A stretch of 37,507 nucleotides of DNA. It comes from a virus (Duplodnaviria; Caudoviricetes). The stretch spans positions 1-37,507 of IMG/VR virus record IMGVR_UViG_3300005326_000090. One strand, given 5' to 3'. The notes under the pieces were generated by a model. That model saw nothing but the letters and a program-made list of their open reading frames with translations, ran no database searches and had not been told where the DNA came from. A program made the translations under genes and the position numbers. Positions 7,868 through 19,500 of this stretch are shown here, one piece after another (positions within the stretch are counted from its first letter, which is position 1; every line of letters starts with the position of its first letter).

Positions 7868-9531
7868 GATTCTCAGAGCTGACATCAGAAGCCGACCTGA
7901 TGGTATGCGCCCACGAAGACCCACGGTTCATAATTGAGTCGGGATTCTGGGTCATAAACAAAGAAAAAGACATCGTCCCATTCGTTTTCAATGAGGTGCA
8001 AAACATGTTCTATGACGAGCGAAGCTCACGTGACGACATCCTCAAAGCCAGTCAGCTCGGACTATCAACCGAAATCCTAGCGATCCTCACGGTCAAATTT
8101 CTGCTCGTGCCGCATTGTTGGAGCGTTTCAATCAGTCATGAAGCCGAAGCCACTGGCCGGTTGTTCGAAAAGGTGAAGTTTTTCCTAGCTCATTTACCGC
8201 CTTGGCTACAGCGATACTACATCCCAGGAGAAGAGAACAGCAAAAGCATCTCAAATCTTTACTGGTCAGGGGGGACGGAAACCGGCGGATCAAAGTTTTA
8301 CATCGGGACTGCCGGAGCAATAGCATTCGGTCGAGGTGACACAATCCACTACGCTCACCTGTCCGAAACAAGTCGCTGGAGAGATGATGGATCAATAGAA
8401 ACCGGTATCATCCGCGCGGTACCTCTAAATGATCCACACACATGGATCGTCAAAGAAACCACAGCCAACGGTCAAGGAAACCATCACCATCAGGAGTGGG
8501 TTCGTGAACAGACCCCAGGGCAGAGTGCATTCAAGCCACACTTTATAGCATGGTTTGAGAACCCCGAATACGACCTGCCAGGACAACCAATCGAAGAGGG
8601 TACAATGGATGAAGAGGAGCAACACTTGGTCGCCCAACACCCAGAGGTGACCATGACCAAACTCGCATGGAGGAGATTACAAATCAGCACGCTAACGAGC
8701 GAAAAGGGCAGAAGCCCAGAAGAAATGTTTAAGCAAGAGTTCCCATCCGATCCAGCCGAAGCGTTCCTGTTTTCAGGAGATCCGGTATTCCCAGTCACGA
8801 AGATTCAAAACTACAAAGACAAGGCTCGCAAGCCACTATTCAGAGGCAAGATACTCGGAGTGGTTCCAAACGAGAAACTGGATGAGGACAAACACGGCAA
8901 CCTAAAGATTTTCGAGACACCAACACCGGAAGATCGCTACATCATATTCGGCGACACAGCCCAGTTCAACGACCGATGCTCGGCTTGTGTAGTAAACCAG
9001 AGGACATGGAAGACGGCGGCGGTATTCAACGGAGTCCTGAAAGCCCACCAATTTGCAAGCGAACTAAATAAAATCGGATATTTTTTCAACAAAGCATTGA
9101 TTGCAGTCGAGGTAAATAACATGGGACAAAGCACAATCGACAAACTGGTAGACCTCGGATACCCCAACCTTTACATGCGCCAGAGGATGGACAAGAAAAC
9201 AAAGGAGGTAACAGACGAATACGGATGGTACACTACCCAGAAAACCAAATCACTGATCATCGGCCACATGCAAGAGTTGCTCCGCAATGAAGAGATTGAC
9301 CTACCGGATGGAGACACCCTAGACGAATTCCTCGTGTTTGTGAGGCATCCAGACGGCACGATGGGGGCTTCAAAGGGAAGTTATGACGACCGAGTCATTG
9401 CAACTTGCGGCGCATATTATATACTGAAGTTGAATCCCATCGCATCAAGTGCGGTCAGCAAGAGCAAACGTCCGGTGAACAAAGCCAGCAAATTTAAGAA
9501 ATTCAGAAGTGCCGGAAGACGGAATAAATAG
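7864..9531 (+). CDS. terL: Terminase large subunit
   Basis: ILKASQLGLST Walker A variant, GRGDT...HLSE Walker B, ETTANG, FKQEFP, RNase H-like GDTA...EVNNMG...DDRV. Confidence 0.93.
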   Translation: MRFSELTSEADLMVCAHEDPRFIIESGFWVINKEKDIVPFVFNEVQNMFYDERSSRDDILKASQLGLSTEILAILTVKFLLVPHCWSVSISHEAEATGRLFEKVKFFLAHLPPWLQRYYIPGEENSKSISNLYWSGGTETGGSKFYIGTAGAIAFGRGDTIHYAHLSETSRWRDDGSIETGIIRAVPLNDPHTWIVKETTANGQGNHHHQEWVREQTPGQSAFKPHFIAWFENPEYDLPGQPIEEGTMDEEEQHLVAQHPEVTMTKLAWRRLQISTLTSEKGRSPEEMFKQEFPSDPAEAFLFSGDPVFPVTKIQNYKDKARKPLFRGKILGVVPNEKLDEDKHGNLKIFETPTPEDRYIIFGDTAQFNDRCSACVVNQRTWKTAAVFNGVLKAHQFASELNKIGYFFNKALIAVEVNNMGQSTIDKLVDLGYPNLYMRQRMDKKTKEVTDEYGWYTTQKTKSLIIGHMQELLRNEEIDLPDGDTLDEFLVFVRHPDGTMGASKGSYDDRVIATCGAYYILKLNPIASSAVSKSKRPVNKASKFKKFRSAGRRNK

Positions 9532-9556
9532 TAAGCGTTATAATGAAATAAAGACT

Positions 9557-11440
9557 ATGACTGACGAATCAAAATTCAACGATGATATAGCACAAGACGC
9601 TAAAAGGTTCTACCAAGCATCGGCCACCTACTGTGCGCCATACTTCGATCGCTTCCTAGACAACTACAAGCACTATTTTTTGAGAATAATCGATGAGGCC
9701 GTGGAAGCGGATGAGTCCGCATACCCATTTTACAGCCAGATCATGCTTCCGATTTCCTACCAAGTGGTAGAGACAATCCTGCCGAGAATGTTCAGTAGGA
9801 TGCCAGGATTCAGCATCAAGACTGATGCCCAAAATGACGAGAGGGATGAGTTGGCCATCAAAGAGCTGATCAAGTACCAGATGAACCATCCTCACTTGAT
9901 CGATGACCCAATTTTCTTACGAATGTCGACAGCCTTAAAAGAAGAGTTCATCACCGGCAATGCCTGGGGAATGGTACCGTGGTATCAAAAATGGGCGGAG
10001 GTTGAAGAGTGGCTCCCATACAGCCCTGAAATGGGACTCGCACCGGCTCCGGACAATGAGCCAATCATCCGAGAGATGGGGCTGACCCCTCGCTGGATGC
10101 TCGTCAAGACCAAGAAGAAAGTAATCGACTGCCCAGTATTCCAACACAAATCAATCTTCCACGTGTTCCCAGATGCCAAAAAGAAGAGAGTCGGCGACAT
10201 GAGTAGAGCCATCATAGAAGACAGCATGACGATGGACGAGGTAATGGACATCGTCAATCAGAGTCCCAAAGACTTCCAAAACATTGATGAGCTTAAATCG
10301 ATGGCACACGAGAAAGAATACTGGACAGGTGGCGGAAGTGATGCTACCAACTACGACAACGAACTCGCCGGTATATTCGGATCGGAAGACAATACCTATA
10401 AAGAAAAATCCAAGAGCGATGGTCAATTCAAGGTCTGGTACATTCCCGAAAGAGACAGAATGTCGATCGTCATCAACGAGAAACTCACTATCCGATCAGG
10501 AGCCAACCCCAACGGTGACGGCAGACTAGGACTGTTCCTGATGAAAGACATCCCAGTACCACACGAACTGTATGCCTGGGGCGAGCCAGACCCAATCAAA
10601 CGCCTCGAGGACGGCATGTCAGACCAGTTCAACATGAGGAACGATGCAGTATTCCATGACCTATTGAGAATGTACCAAGTCAACACCAAAGCCCTAGTGG
10701 ACGGCGAAGATTTTATCCCAGAGCCAGGAGTAGTCGTGAAGACAACCGAAAAAGATGCGATCCAACCAATCGACATGGGATCGGTCAAATCGTCCGCATA
10801 CCGCGAGTATGACGAATGGGAGCAGATAATCCAAAACACATCCGGAGCCAGTGACTACGCCACAGGGCAGGCCAATGCAGGTATGAACCCAACAGCCGGA
10901 GGTGTAGATGCCCTCCAGCAAGCCGCCAACGCCAGGTTCCAATACAAACTTCAGCTATTCGAAAACCTAGGACTGAATGCGATGGGAACCATGTACGTCA
11001 ACCGCAACATCAGATTCTACGATGCTGACCAGACAGTCCCGACCGACAAAGGTAAGATGACAGTATATGCAGAGCAATTACGCAGACTCAAAGGCAACGT
11101 CATGTTCATGGTAGAGTCCGGAAGTACCGAAGCCGCCAGTACCACAAAAGAGATTCAGAAATGGGACACGGTGACAGGATTGGTAAGCAAGAACGCCGCT
11201 CCATTTGAAAACCTGACAATGAAGTCCAAAGACCTGATTGCCAAAAAGGTACTCGGCAGTATCGGAGTACAGGAGACAGAAGAGATCGTCCAACACGAAC
11301 AACCTCAACCAGTCGCACCGGCAAATCCATTGATGCCCGAAGTCCCAGGCGTAACGCCAGTACAACCAGAATTAACAACAGCAGTACCAAATGAACAACC
11401 CAACGCGCCAGTTCTACCAGCGACTAATACGATCCAATAA
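9557..11440 (+). CDS. Portal protein
   Basis: Follows TerL; ~627 aa; YQVVETILPRM, PVPHELYAWG, TAGGV...ANARF motifs; start set at ATG 9557. Confidence 0.88.
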   Translation: MTDESKFNDDIAQDAKRFYQASATYCAPYFDRFLDNYKHYFLRIIDEAVEADESAYPFYSQIMLPISYQVVETILPRMFSRMPGFSIKTDAQNDERDELAIKELIKYQMNHPHLIDDPIFLRMSTALKEEFITGNAWGMVPWYQKWAEVEEWLPYSPEMGLAPAPDNEPIIREMGLTPRWMLVKTKKKVIDCPVFQHKSIFHVFPDAKKKRVGDMSRAIIEDSMTMDEVMDIVNQSPKDFQNIDELKSMAHEKEYWTGGGSDATNYDNELAGIFGSEDNTYKEKSKSDGQFKVWYIPERDRMSIVINEKLTIRSGANPNGDGRLGLFLMKDIPVPHELYAWGEPDPIKRLEDGMSDQFNMRNDAVFHDLLRMYQVNTKALVDGEDFIPEPGVVVKTTEKDAIQPIDMGSVKSSAYREYDEWEQIIQNTSGASDYATGQANAGMNPTAGGVDALQQAANARFQYKLQLFENLGLNAMGTMYVNRNIRFYDADQTVPTDKGKMTVYAEQLRRLKGNVMFMVESGSTEAASTTKEIQKWDTVTGLVSKNAAPFENLTMKSKDLIAKKVLGSIGVQETEEIVQHEQPQPVAPANPLMPEVPGVTPVQPELTTAVPNEQPNAPVLPATNTIQ

Positions 11441-11762
11441 GCCAACGCCGGATCAGATTCTCCAGATAATCTCAACCGGAGAGGACTTCAAAAACATGAC
11501 CAAAAGTCGTGCGTGGAGAAAGGTTGTGGAGTGGATCGAGACAATGGACAAAGGTGGAAGCGAGTACCTACATGGAGAAGTCCGAAACGTCAGCACCCTA
11601 GGATTATTCAGTATATTTAATACGTTTATTAAGTTCCTATTTGTGTCGGCGGAGATGAGAGCATTCAAAAAGCTCATGGCATTCGTCAACACAACTATCC
11701 AGAAAGGAGAACAGGAAAATGCCAAACTTCAGGCCAGAAAAGACAAGGACAGCGAAAAATAA
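11391..11762 (+). CDS. Hypothetical head-module protein
   Basis: 123 aa after the portal. Confidence 0.7.
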   Translation: MNNPTRQFYQRLIRSNKPTPDQILQIISTGEDFKNMTKSRAWRKVVEWIETMDKGGSEYLHGEVRNVSTLGLFSIFNTFIKFLFVSAEMRAFKKLMAFVNTTIQKGEQENAKLQARKDKDSEK

Positions 11763-12099
11763 CGACGTACCACAGGATCAAATCCCCGAAGACACAAAGC
11801 CGGAGATGCCCAATGCGTGGGACGTTCTCGCCGAAAGAAAGAAAAAAGGATTGTGGAATGGAGAGGTGACCACTCACAAGGTAAAGAGGTACAAACTGAA
11901 CAAAGGCGCGCACTACTACGTCATTGAAGATTACCGGAGTGGATCGGTCAAGTGTATTTCCTGTCCGGTGTCCCACGGAGGCATTCTCGAAAACCACATG
12001 CTCACAAGGTACGAGGTAAAGGATGGGGTAATCTACCTAGACGGAGTCGCCAGGAACAAAACACCGAAAGGGTTTGACAATGACGAAAAGAAGAGTTAG
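11719..12099 (+). CDS. Hypothetical protein with CxxC...H motif
   Basis: 126 aa; start uncertain. Confidence 0.65.
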   Translation: MPNFRPEKTRTAKNNDVPQDQIPEDTKPEMPNAWDVLAERKKKGLWNGEVTTHKVKRYKLNKGAHYYVIEDYRSGSVKCISCPVSHGGILENHMLTRYEVKDGVIYLDGVARNKTPKGFDNDEKKS

Positions 12100-12102
12100 C
12101 AT
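12074..12102 (+). promoter_or_regulatory. Sigma70-like promoter for the scaffold gene
   Basis: TTGACA-N17-TAGCAT. Confidence 0.6.
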
Positions 12103-12139
12103 TATTTAAGTTATTAGCCCTAAAGAAAGGATACCTAAT

Positions 12140-13114
12140 ATGGAACCAAATAAAAGTACACCAGCAGAAACCTACGACCCAGCGACCGGATTAACAAACG
12201 TAGACGAGTCAAGTTTCGAAATCCCAGAGGATGCAGAAGACGATGGAGGCGAGTCAGCCCCCGACAATAACACGCCAGCAACCCCTACCGACCCAACTAC
12301 TCCCGATCCAAACGAGCCAGAAGACCCCAACAAACAGCCTGAAAAGCCGACAGAACCTGCCAAACCGGCGGAACCAGTCCTATTGGCCGGAAAGTATTCA
12401 ACCGAACAAGAACTCAAAAACGCATTCGTCCAACTCGGAGGCGACCCAAGCAAGTTTGACAGTGTAGAAAAGCTCGAACAGGCATATGAAGTACGACAAG
12501 CAGAATTCACCAGAGTAAGACAAGAGCAAAACGAAGCCCGAAGAATCAATGAAGAGGTAGATAAAAAAGAAAAGCAAAACGAAGTATTATCGGAGGAAAA
12601 CCTTAATGCAATGATGGAAAAAGTCCCATGGGACAAAATAACCGATGCCAAACAAATGTTTGTAGAGATGGCTAAGGTGCTTATAGCCAACCTACCAGCC
12701 AATCAGATGCCCTCAGAGCAGGAGTTGGTCGCTAGGATGACACCTATGATCCAAGAGAGAGAAGCCAAATTGACAGAGCTACACGACCTTGAAACCAAAG
12801 TGCCAAGACTCAAGAGCGATCCATCATTCCGAAAAGCATTCGCCTATCATGTTAAAGGTGAACAGGATGAGGGAACATACAAAGGCATTGGTCAATCCAT
12901 GAAGAACTTCCTAAAATTCAATCAAGGGATAGTCGATGAAGTAGGTAAATCATTCACAGACAACAACGCCGCCAAAAATAATGCCGGAGCAACAACCCCT
13001 CCAGATGGTGGAGCCAACATGGGAGGCGCACCAAAACCGAGTGAAGATGACGACATCCTGGGAGGAATAATTGGTGCCTACGAAGAACACACGAACAAGT
13101 TTAGTGGCAAATGA
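12140..13114 (+). CDS. Capsid scaffolding protein (probable)
   Basis: Acidic, Pro-rich N-terminus, LAGKY...EL motif, coiled coil; directly upstream of the capsid gene. Confidence 0.8.
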   Translation: MEPNKSTPAETYDPATGLTNVDESSFEIPEDAEDDGGESAPDNNTPATPTDPTTPDPNEPEDPNKQPEKPTEPAKPAEPVLLAGKYSTEQELKNAFVQLGGDPSKFDSVEKLEQAYEVRQAEFTRVRQEQNEARRINEEVDKKEKQNEVLSEENLNAMMEKVPWDKITDAKQMFVEMAKVLIANLPANQMPSEQELVARMTPMIQEREAKLTELHDLETKVPRLKSDPSFRKAFAYHVKGEQDEGTYKGIGQSMKNFLKFNQGIVDEVGKSFTDNNAAKNNAGATTPPDGGANMGGAPKPSEDDDILGGIIGAYEEHTNKFSGK

Positions 13115-13120
13115 CCCCAC

Positions 13121-13149
13121 TTGACAAGCAGTTTCGAACGGCTTACTAT
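13121..13149 (+). promoter_or_regulatory. Sigma70-like promoter for the major capsid gene
   Basis: TTGACA-N17-TACTAT. Confidence 0.7.
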
Positions 13150-13231
13150 TTAATCAGCTAGTAGAAAAATCGCATATCCTGTATATAAACGGCACACAAG
13201 CTGTTATTAAAAGACATATACAAAAAAGGAT

Positions 13232-14374
13232 ATGATCCAAGCAATTCGATCCACAGGAAACGTTTTAGCAGTCCGCCGTGTCGTTGACATGAGCGAAAAA
13301 ATCAGTGTTCTCGAACCTGATTCCGCGCCATTGACTCAACTCACCAAAAAAATGGGCAAGAAAGTTGCCATCAATCCAGACTTCAAATGGATGGAAGAAG
13401 AATCCCTAGTTAGAACCGCCTCCCCAGCCGCAACCTACACCGCCGGTGTAACCCAGATTTCAGTCGGTAGTGGCACAGGTGTCAGATTCCGCGTTGGTGA
13501 TGTCGTCAAAGTCGTTGAATCCGGTGAGCAGATGCTCGTTACCGCAGTAGCAACCGACTTGCTCGATGTCAGTAAAGGCTACGGTACCACAAGTTCCGCC
13601 GCCATCCCCTCAGCCGACACCCTCTTAATCATCGGTAACTCCAACCAAGAGTTCGCTACCAAGCGCGCTATCCTAGGTGGAGATCAAGTTGCGAAGACCA
13701 ACTATTGCCAAATCATCCGTACCCCATTCGGTATTTCAAGAACTGCTGACAACTCAGAGTTCTACGGTGGAGGAGACAAAAAGCACCAGAGAATGATGCA
13801 GTTAATCGAACACCAGAAAGACATCGAACGCACATTCTGGTTCGGTGAACCCAAAGAGGACACCACAGGAACTCACCCACGCAGACTGACTGGTGGAGTT
13901 GACTACTGGACATCCACAAACTCCAAAGATGCCGGTGGCACTTTGACCGAGCTTGAGTTCGAAGAATTTGTCCGAGGCGGATTCCGCTACGGAGGTAAGA
14001 CCAAATGGTTGTTCGCCGCTCCTCTCATCATCTCAGCCATCAACTTCTGGGCAGGTGCCAAGTTGATCACGAGTCAAAAGGACAAAACCTACGGAATCGC
14101 CGTTAGCCAATACCTAACCGCATTTGGAATGCTCAACATCGTTAATATGAACAACTTCTCCGAAACCACGACCACAGCAGGTGAAGCTTTCATGATTGAC
14201 CCTGAACAGCTCAAATACCGCTTCCTCGCTAACTCCGACACCAAGTTGAAGACCAACATCCAAGACAACAGTGCCGATGGAGAAGAAGACGAGTACATCT
14301 CCGAAGTAGGTCTTGAATTCAGAAACGAGAAAAAGGGTTCCATGCTCTACGGAGCCACCAGTTACTCAGCCTAA
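13232..14374 (+). CDS. Major capsid protein (SU10/DUF5309-like) with inserted beta domain
   Basis: DMSEKI..LEP..APL, FKWMEE, NYCQI.R, EHQKDIER..WFG, RRLTGG, SEVGLEFRNEK. Confidence 0.88.
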   Translation: MIQAIRSTGNVLAVRRVVDMSEKISVLEPDSAPLTQLTKKMGKKVAINPDFKWMEEESLVRTASPAATYTAGVTQISVGSGTGVRFRVGDVVKVVESGEQMLVTAVATDLLDVSKGYGTTSSAAIPSADTLLIIGNSNQEFATKRAILGGDQVAKTNYCQIIRTPFGISRTADNSEFYGGGDKKHQRMMQLIEHQKDIERTFWFGEPKEDTTGTHPRRLTGGVDYWTSTNSKDAGGTLTELEFEEFVRGGFRYGGKTKWLFAAPLIISAINFWAGAKLITSQKDKTYGIAVSQYLTAFGMLNIVNMNNFSETTTTAGEAFMIDPEQLKYRFLANSDTKLKTNIQDNSADGEEDEYISEVGLEFRNEKKGSMLYGATSYSA

Positions 14375-14379
14375 AGTAG

Positions 14380-14613
14380 ATGAGTAAATCTAACTCAAAG
14401 AAAAACACTCAACCGGCCGTAGAGCCGGTTGAGGCGGTGAGTAAGCAAGACAAACCTACCGTTAGTAAAAAGAAAGTCAAAGTCGGCCTACTCGGTGTTT
14501 CATCCGGAGGTGCCGCAATTTTCTCACCAGGAAGCCATCCTAGAGCCATCAGACAGGCATTGATTGACGAAGCAAAGAAGACAGAACTTGAATCCCCAGA
14601 GAAAAAGATTTAG
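14380..14613 (+). CDS. Hypothetical protein
   Basis: 77 aa after the capsid gene. Confidence 0.65.
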   Translation: MSKSNSKKNTQPAVEPVEAVSKQDKPTVSKKKVKVGLLGVSSGGAAIFSPGSHPRAIRQALIDEAKKTELESPEKKI

Positions 14614-14646
14614 TATTAAGTTATTAACAAGTACAATAAAGAAAAA

Positions 14647-15048
14647 ATGATCTTCATATCCAAAAAACACTCAGCATTGAACCTCGTTCTAGACCCGAAA
14701 ACGTTCCAGGTGACGAATGGTAGAACAATTATGACCGGCTTAAATGGTGACTTCCCTGTCGGAATGTCCGTCCAGTTTGCCAACAAAATCTACGAAACCA
14801 ACGATCCAAAGATCATCAAGGCACTAAAGAACCACCCACGCTACGGAGTAACCTTTTTCAGCGAGGAACTAGCTAAGGAAAAAGAAACCGGAGAAGTCGA
14901 AATCAATGCCCAAGCAGTCGCTGAGGTTGAAGAGAAAAACGCATTAGTTGAGGACATCGCATCCCAATGTGAATGGTGCGGATTCAAAGCCGCGACCAAA
15001 TCAGGCTTACAACTTCATCAGAAAGCCTGTCCCAAAAAACCAAAGTAG
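14647..15048 (+). CDS. Hypothetical protein with C-terminal C2HC zinc finger
   Basis: CEWCGFKAATKSGLQLHQKAC. Confidence 0.75.
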   Translation: MIFISKKHSALNLVLDPKTFQVTNGRTIMTGLNGDFPVGMSVQFANKIYETNDPKIIKALKNHPRYGVTFFSEELAKEKETGEVEINAQAVAEVEEKNALVEDIASQCEWCGFKAATKSGLQLHQKACPKKPK

Positions 15049-15120
15049 TTTATACTGGTGATAGAACATCCTGAAGACAGCGCATAAATGCAAGCTTAAT
15101 ATTTAAGATAAATAACAATT

Positions 15121-16500
15121 ATGGCTCACACAGGATCATGGGGAACACCAGATTGGGGACTAACAGAATTAGCCGCCAAAGGGATTTCTAAAGTAATCAG
15201 TCCATTTACCGGAGGAGGTACTCCGTTGACCGCACAAGGCGGTTCTGATTTGATGCCAGGAGGCGCACCAGCAACCCAATTAGTTGGTGCTCCGTCATCC
15301 ACAGCCCCATCATCGACAGCCCCGTCTTCCTCGATCAACTACAGTCCAGCTCCAGCAGTCAAAGGGGCTAACACGACAGTAAAGACCGGAACGACCCCAT
15401 CAGGAACTACCACTAACCAAAATCCCACAGTTGATCCTAATCAATCCATAAATGATGCTCAAAAATCGCAAGAGGAAGCCGCTAAACAGGCCGCAGAAGC
15501 CAAGCGACAAGCCGCTATGAGAGCTTACCAAGGGAAAGTGTCAGAAGCCAACCTAGCCAAAGAGAGTGCCTCCGGACAATACGACTGGATCGTAGATACG
15601 CTCGGATCAAATAAAAAAGATGCCTTAGACCAGATCGCCTTAAATGAGACAGAGGGACTCTCCACATTTGGACAGCAAGAAGAAAAGACCAAAGTCCAAT
15701 ACGACACCGCTCGTCAAGAAATCCTATCCACATACCGCGACCTAACCAGAGAGCAGGAGAAGATTTTGAGAGGATCAGGAAATCAATCATCCTCGAGAAG
15801 TCAGGAAGCCGCCCTCCGCTTGAATAACCTCATGGGTAAAGACCTTGCCGGAGTAAGTACTAATGAAGCCGACTCCCTCGCCATGATCGGAAATGCCATC
15901 ACAAGTCTTAAATCGAAAACAGTCTTGGCCAAGAATCAAGTTGAAACCGAAACCAAATCCAAACTCGACAAAGCCGCCCTTGACTACGACACGCAGGTAA
16001 AAGCCATCGACAACAACCTACAGTTATCCGGAAATGAAAGAGAAGATGCCTACGCCGAAGCCGAAGCACAACTAGCTCAAGACACGGCTAACATCAAATC
16101 ATGGGCAACCGGACTCAAACTACAGGCCGAACAAACGGCCGCCAAAACCAAAGACATGCTCGATGCCTACATCGTCGACATGACCGACTCCAAAGGATTG
16201 CTAGACACAGACCTCACGACCAAGAAAGATGCCACCAATAAACTGCTCTCATCGGCAGGATACACTCCTTTAGTAGAAAATCCATCGATCACCGACCCGA
16301 TCTCCGGAGTCTACCAAAAAGTGACCCAGAAGTATAAAACGAAAGCAGAACTGGATGCCGCCCTCTCAAGTGGAGAAATTGCTCCCCTTGAATACAACAA
16401 AGAGTTGGCTACCATCCAAAATGCAGGTGGAGCCGCTCCCCAAGATCAAGTCCTAGCCTCCTCGCAACGCGATCCCCTGATGTCCGCACTTTTCGCTTAA
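15121..16500 (+). CDS. Putative internal virion/ejection protein (coiled-coil)
   Basis: G/P/S/T-rich N-terminus, long A/Q/E/K helical region; position in the virion module. Confidence 0.6.
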   Translation: MAHTGSWGTPDWGLTELAAKGISKVISPFTGGGTPLTAQGGSDLMPGGAPATQLVGAPSSTAPSSTAPSSSINYSPAPAVKGANTTVKTGTTPSGTTTNQNPTVDPNQSINDAQKSQEEAAKQAAEAKRQAAMRAYQGKVSEANLAKESASGQYDWIVDTLGSNKKDALDQIALNETEGLSTFGQQEEKTKVQYDTARQEILSTYRDLTREQEKILRGSGNQSSSRSQEAALRLNNLMGKDLAGVSTNEADSLAMIGNAITSLKSKTVLAKNQVETETKSKLDKAALDYDTQVKAIDNNLQLSGNEREDAYAEAEAQLAQDTANIKSWATGLKLQAEQTAAKTKDMLDAYIVDMTDSKGLLDTDLTTKKDATNKLLSSAGYTPLVENPSITDPISGVYQKVTQKYKTKAELDAALSSGEIAPLEYNKELATIQNAGGAAPQDQVLASSQRDPLMSALFA

Positions 16501-16524
16501 TATAAAAGCGTTTATACTTAGGTT

Positions 16525-19500
16525 ATGGATGATCTACTCAAAAAAATATTGGGCATTGGGTCAAATGCAGTAAGTTTCGCAAAAAAGAAAGCAAAGGACT
16601 TAACTGACACACTCCTCTACACCAAACCAACTCCTCAGGGTAATTCTGTTGCCGATACATTCAACTATTTCAAAAACAACGCCGATTTACTCAATCCTTT
16701 GAGTCAGCGATCGATGCAACGAGGCGCAGACTCCGCAGACGTACTAGCTAAGAGCCAGTCAAAGCCTATCCAATTCTTTGGTAATATGGGCGGAAACACG
16801 ATCAAAATAGGTAAGTCAGGCATCAATAAAATGGTGCAGGGTGGTAAAGCACTCGGTACCGGACTCATTCAAGCACCAGTATTAGCCGCCACACAAGGCA
16901 AGGTAAACATCCCATTCTACAGTGACCCAGAGCTGATGAAGCTTAGTGGAGACAACTTTGTCCAAAGATTTATGCGATCAAGTGCCAAAGTCCTACCGGA
17001 CGTGGTCAAGGGAGTGTTTGGAACCGGACAAATTGCTACAACAATCAATCCGGTTAGCCAAGGTGTAAATGCAGTAGCATCGTCACCGGTGAAGATCGGA
17101 AGACCAGGCCTCATAAGTCCAGACCCAAACATAAACACCAATGATGATCTAGTTAGAAGAATCGCCGCCGGATACATCAAAGGCGTGTCAGGAAGTGATG
17201 AAGTAGCCACCAACGTCCCCAGTAAAGAGATGGACATTGCCGGAATTAAGTTTGATCCAGCTAAAATAGCAGGAGAGATGGTCGGATTTGTGAACAATCC
17301 AACATGGAAAACAATATTCCCAGGAACGTCAAAGCTTCTCGATTTGCCTCAAACAAGCAGTAAAGTGGCCAATTTTGTCATAGGAAGAATCATGAAAGGC
17401 GGAGCTGAGGGAACGATCCAGGCTATAGCCAACATGAACGATCAAATGACCCGTGACCAAAAAATCAATGAGTTGGCCAGTCAAGTTGCATTCGGTGCCG
17501 TTTCCGAACTAGGAACCGATGCCGCCATGAAAGGTGCCGGAAGTATCAAAGGAAAGGCTGAAAGATGGATCAGATCGCTCTTAAACGACTATCAGAGTGC
17601 GCCCCCAGAAATAAAGCAAGAGATGGACAACATGATGAAAGCAATCGGCTCAAACCAGTACCAGACAAAATACAAGCCAAATGTAGTAGAGGAACCAGTA
17701 TTGGCCGCCGGTGGAAGTGTGATGCCCAAAGGAGACTCACCAATGGTTGACGTAGGTGGAAACAAACTCGTCCGAAAAGACTACCTACCTAAATACCGTG
17801 AGTACCTTGAGAAATCAGCTCAAGTAGCCCCTGGAGCATTTGCCGGAATCCAAATAAACAAAGACGAGAACGGAAACATTACCGGAGTCGGATTTAATCC
17901 AAATACCGCCGGAATGGGACTCATGGCCGCCGGATACCTCACAACAGCGAAAAATAAAGCCGCCATCATGGATGTGATTATAAAAGCCACAGATGAGGGA
18001 AAGATGAACGCCGAGTTGAAAAACCTTATCGAAACCAACATTAAAAACTCCATCGATCAGTTGGACATAAACCCCAAAGAAGCCCTTGATAATTTGAAAG
18101 GCCTTCGAGCCGCCATCAACCAATCAGCATTCGATACATCCGGACTGACAAAAAGTGACGGATTGTACAACGCCAAACTGATGGATGCCATTCGTCAAGA
18201 CCCAGAGATGGGAACATTGGTCAGGGAATTAGAGAGTTATTTGCCAAAAATTGACGAGATTTTACAAGGTAAAGCAGATTTGACCGCAAAAATTGAACCT
18301 ACTGCTGACCTTAATGCCCCTAAAACGGCTCTTGAAACACCGATAGCACCAGATATACCCAAAACTGACATTACAGCAGAAGTACCACAAGCCGGACAGC
18401 CCAAAACCGCCCAAGAAATAATCACCGAGGTAACAACACCAAAAGTAGAACCGACATTACCAGAGGGTGTATCAAAACCAAAACGAAGAACCGCTCAAGA
18501 GATAATTGCCCAAGCAAGTGGACAAACACCAGTAACACCAAAGACTCCGACAACCGATGTGGAGAAACTCCTCGGATTTACCAAGTCCGTCAAAGAAGCC
18601 CCGATAGTAGCACCGGAGACAAAAGCCAAGGTCAACGGAACGTACACAGTCAAACCAAACACTAAACTCATGGGAGAAGCGAAAGCCCTCCTAGAAAATG
18701 GAGCCAGCATCGACTTCAAAAACGTAGCAGACCTCGACCAAAAAGTCGCCGCGACAATTCAGGAAGCTATCAACCTAGACAAAGCCGGTAAACACGATGC
18801 CGCCGCCAACCTATACAACAACTTAGCCGAACATGGAAAAGAGCTAGGACGTGCTGTCCAAGCCTACTCGATGATCGATAAGATGAGTCCTCAAGCGATC
18901 GCCCTGAGTGTTGCCGCCAAAATCAAGAACTACAACATTAACGCCATGAAGAAGATTCCAGAGTTGACCGGAGAGCAAACAAAACTGATCACCAAACTGG
19001 TAGACCAAGCCGACAAACTCAAAGGACGAGAGAAAAATATCGCCCTGAATAAGCTCCAACAGACACTAAACAGTTTCATCCCATCGTCACTCGCCGACAA
19101 AGCCATTACAGTGTGGAAAGCCGGATTACTCACCTCACTCAGAACCCATGAGAGAAACCTACTAGGTAATGCAATCATGAGTGCCTCAGAAATAGCCAAA
19201 GACCCAGTAGCGGCCATATTTGACCAACTAATGTCATTCAGGACAGGTCAACGCACAATGACGCCAACGTTGAGAGGTCTGGCATCCGGAGCCGTCAAAG
19301 GTACCAAAGCAATGGTAGACGTGGTGCGATACGGATTTGACCCAGAAGAGTCAATAAACAAATTCGACATCAAACAAATCACCTGGGGAAATAACCCAGT
19401 AGAGAAATTCCTCAAAGGAGCTACAGAGGCAGTCTTCAGACCACTATCCGGTGAGGATAAGATTTTCTGGCACGCCGCCTACGCTCGATCGTTGTACGAC

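Noticed and set aside
15289-15335. APSST x3 tandem repeat
   Set aside because: Ordinary low-complexity linker with synonymous divergence.
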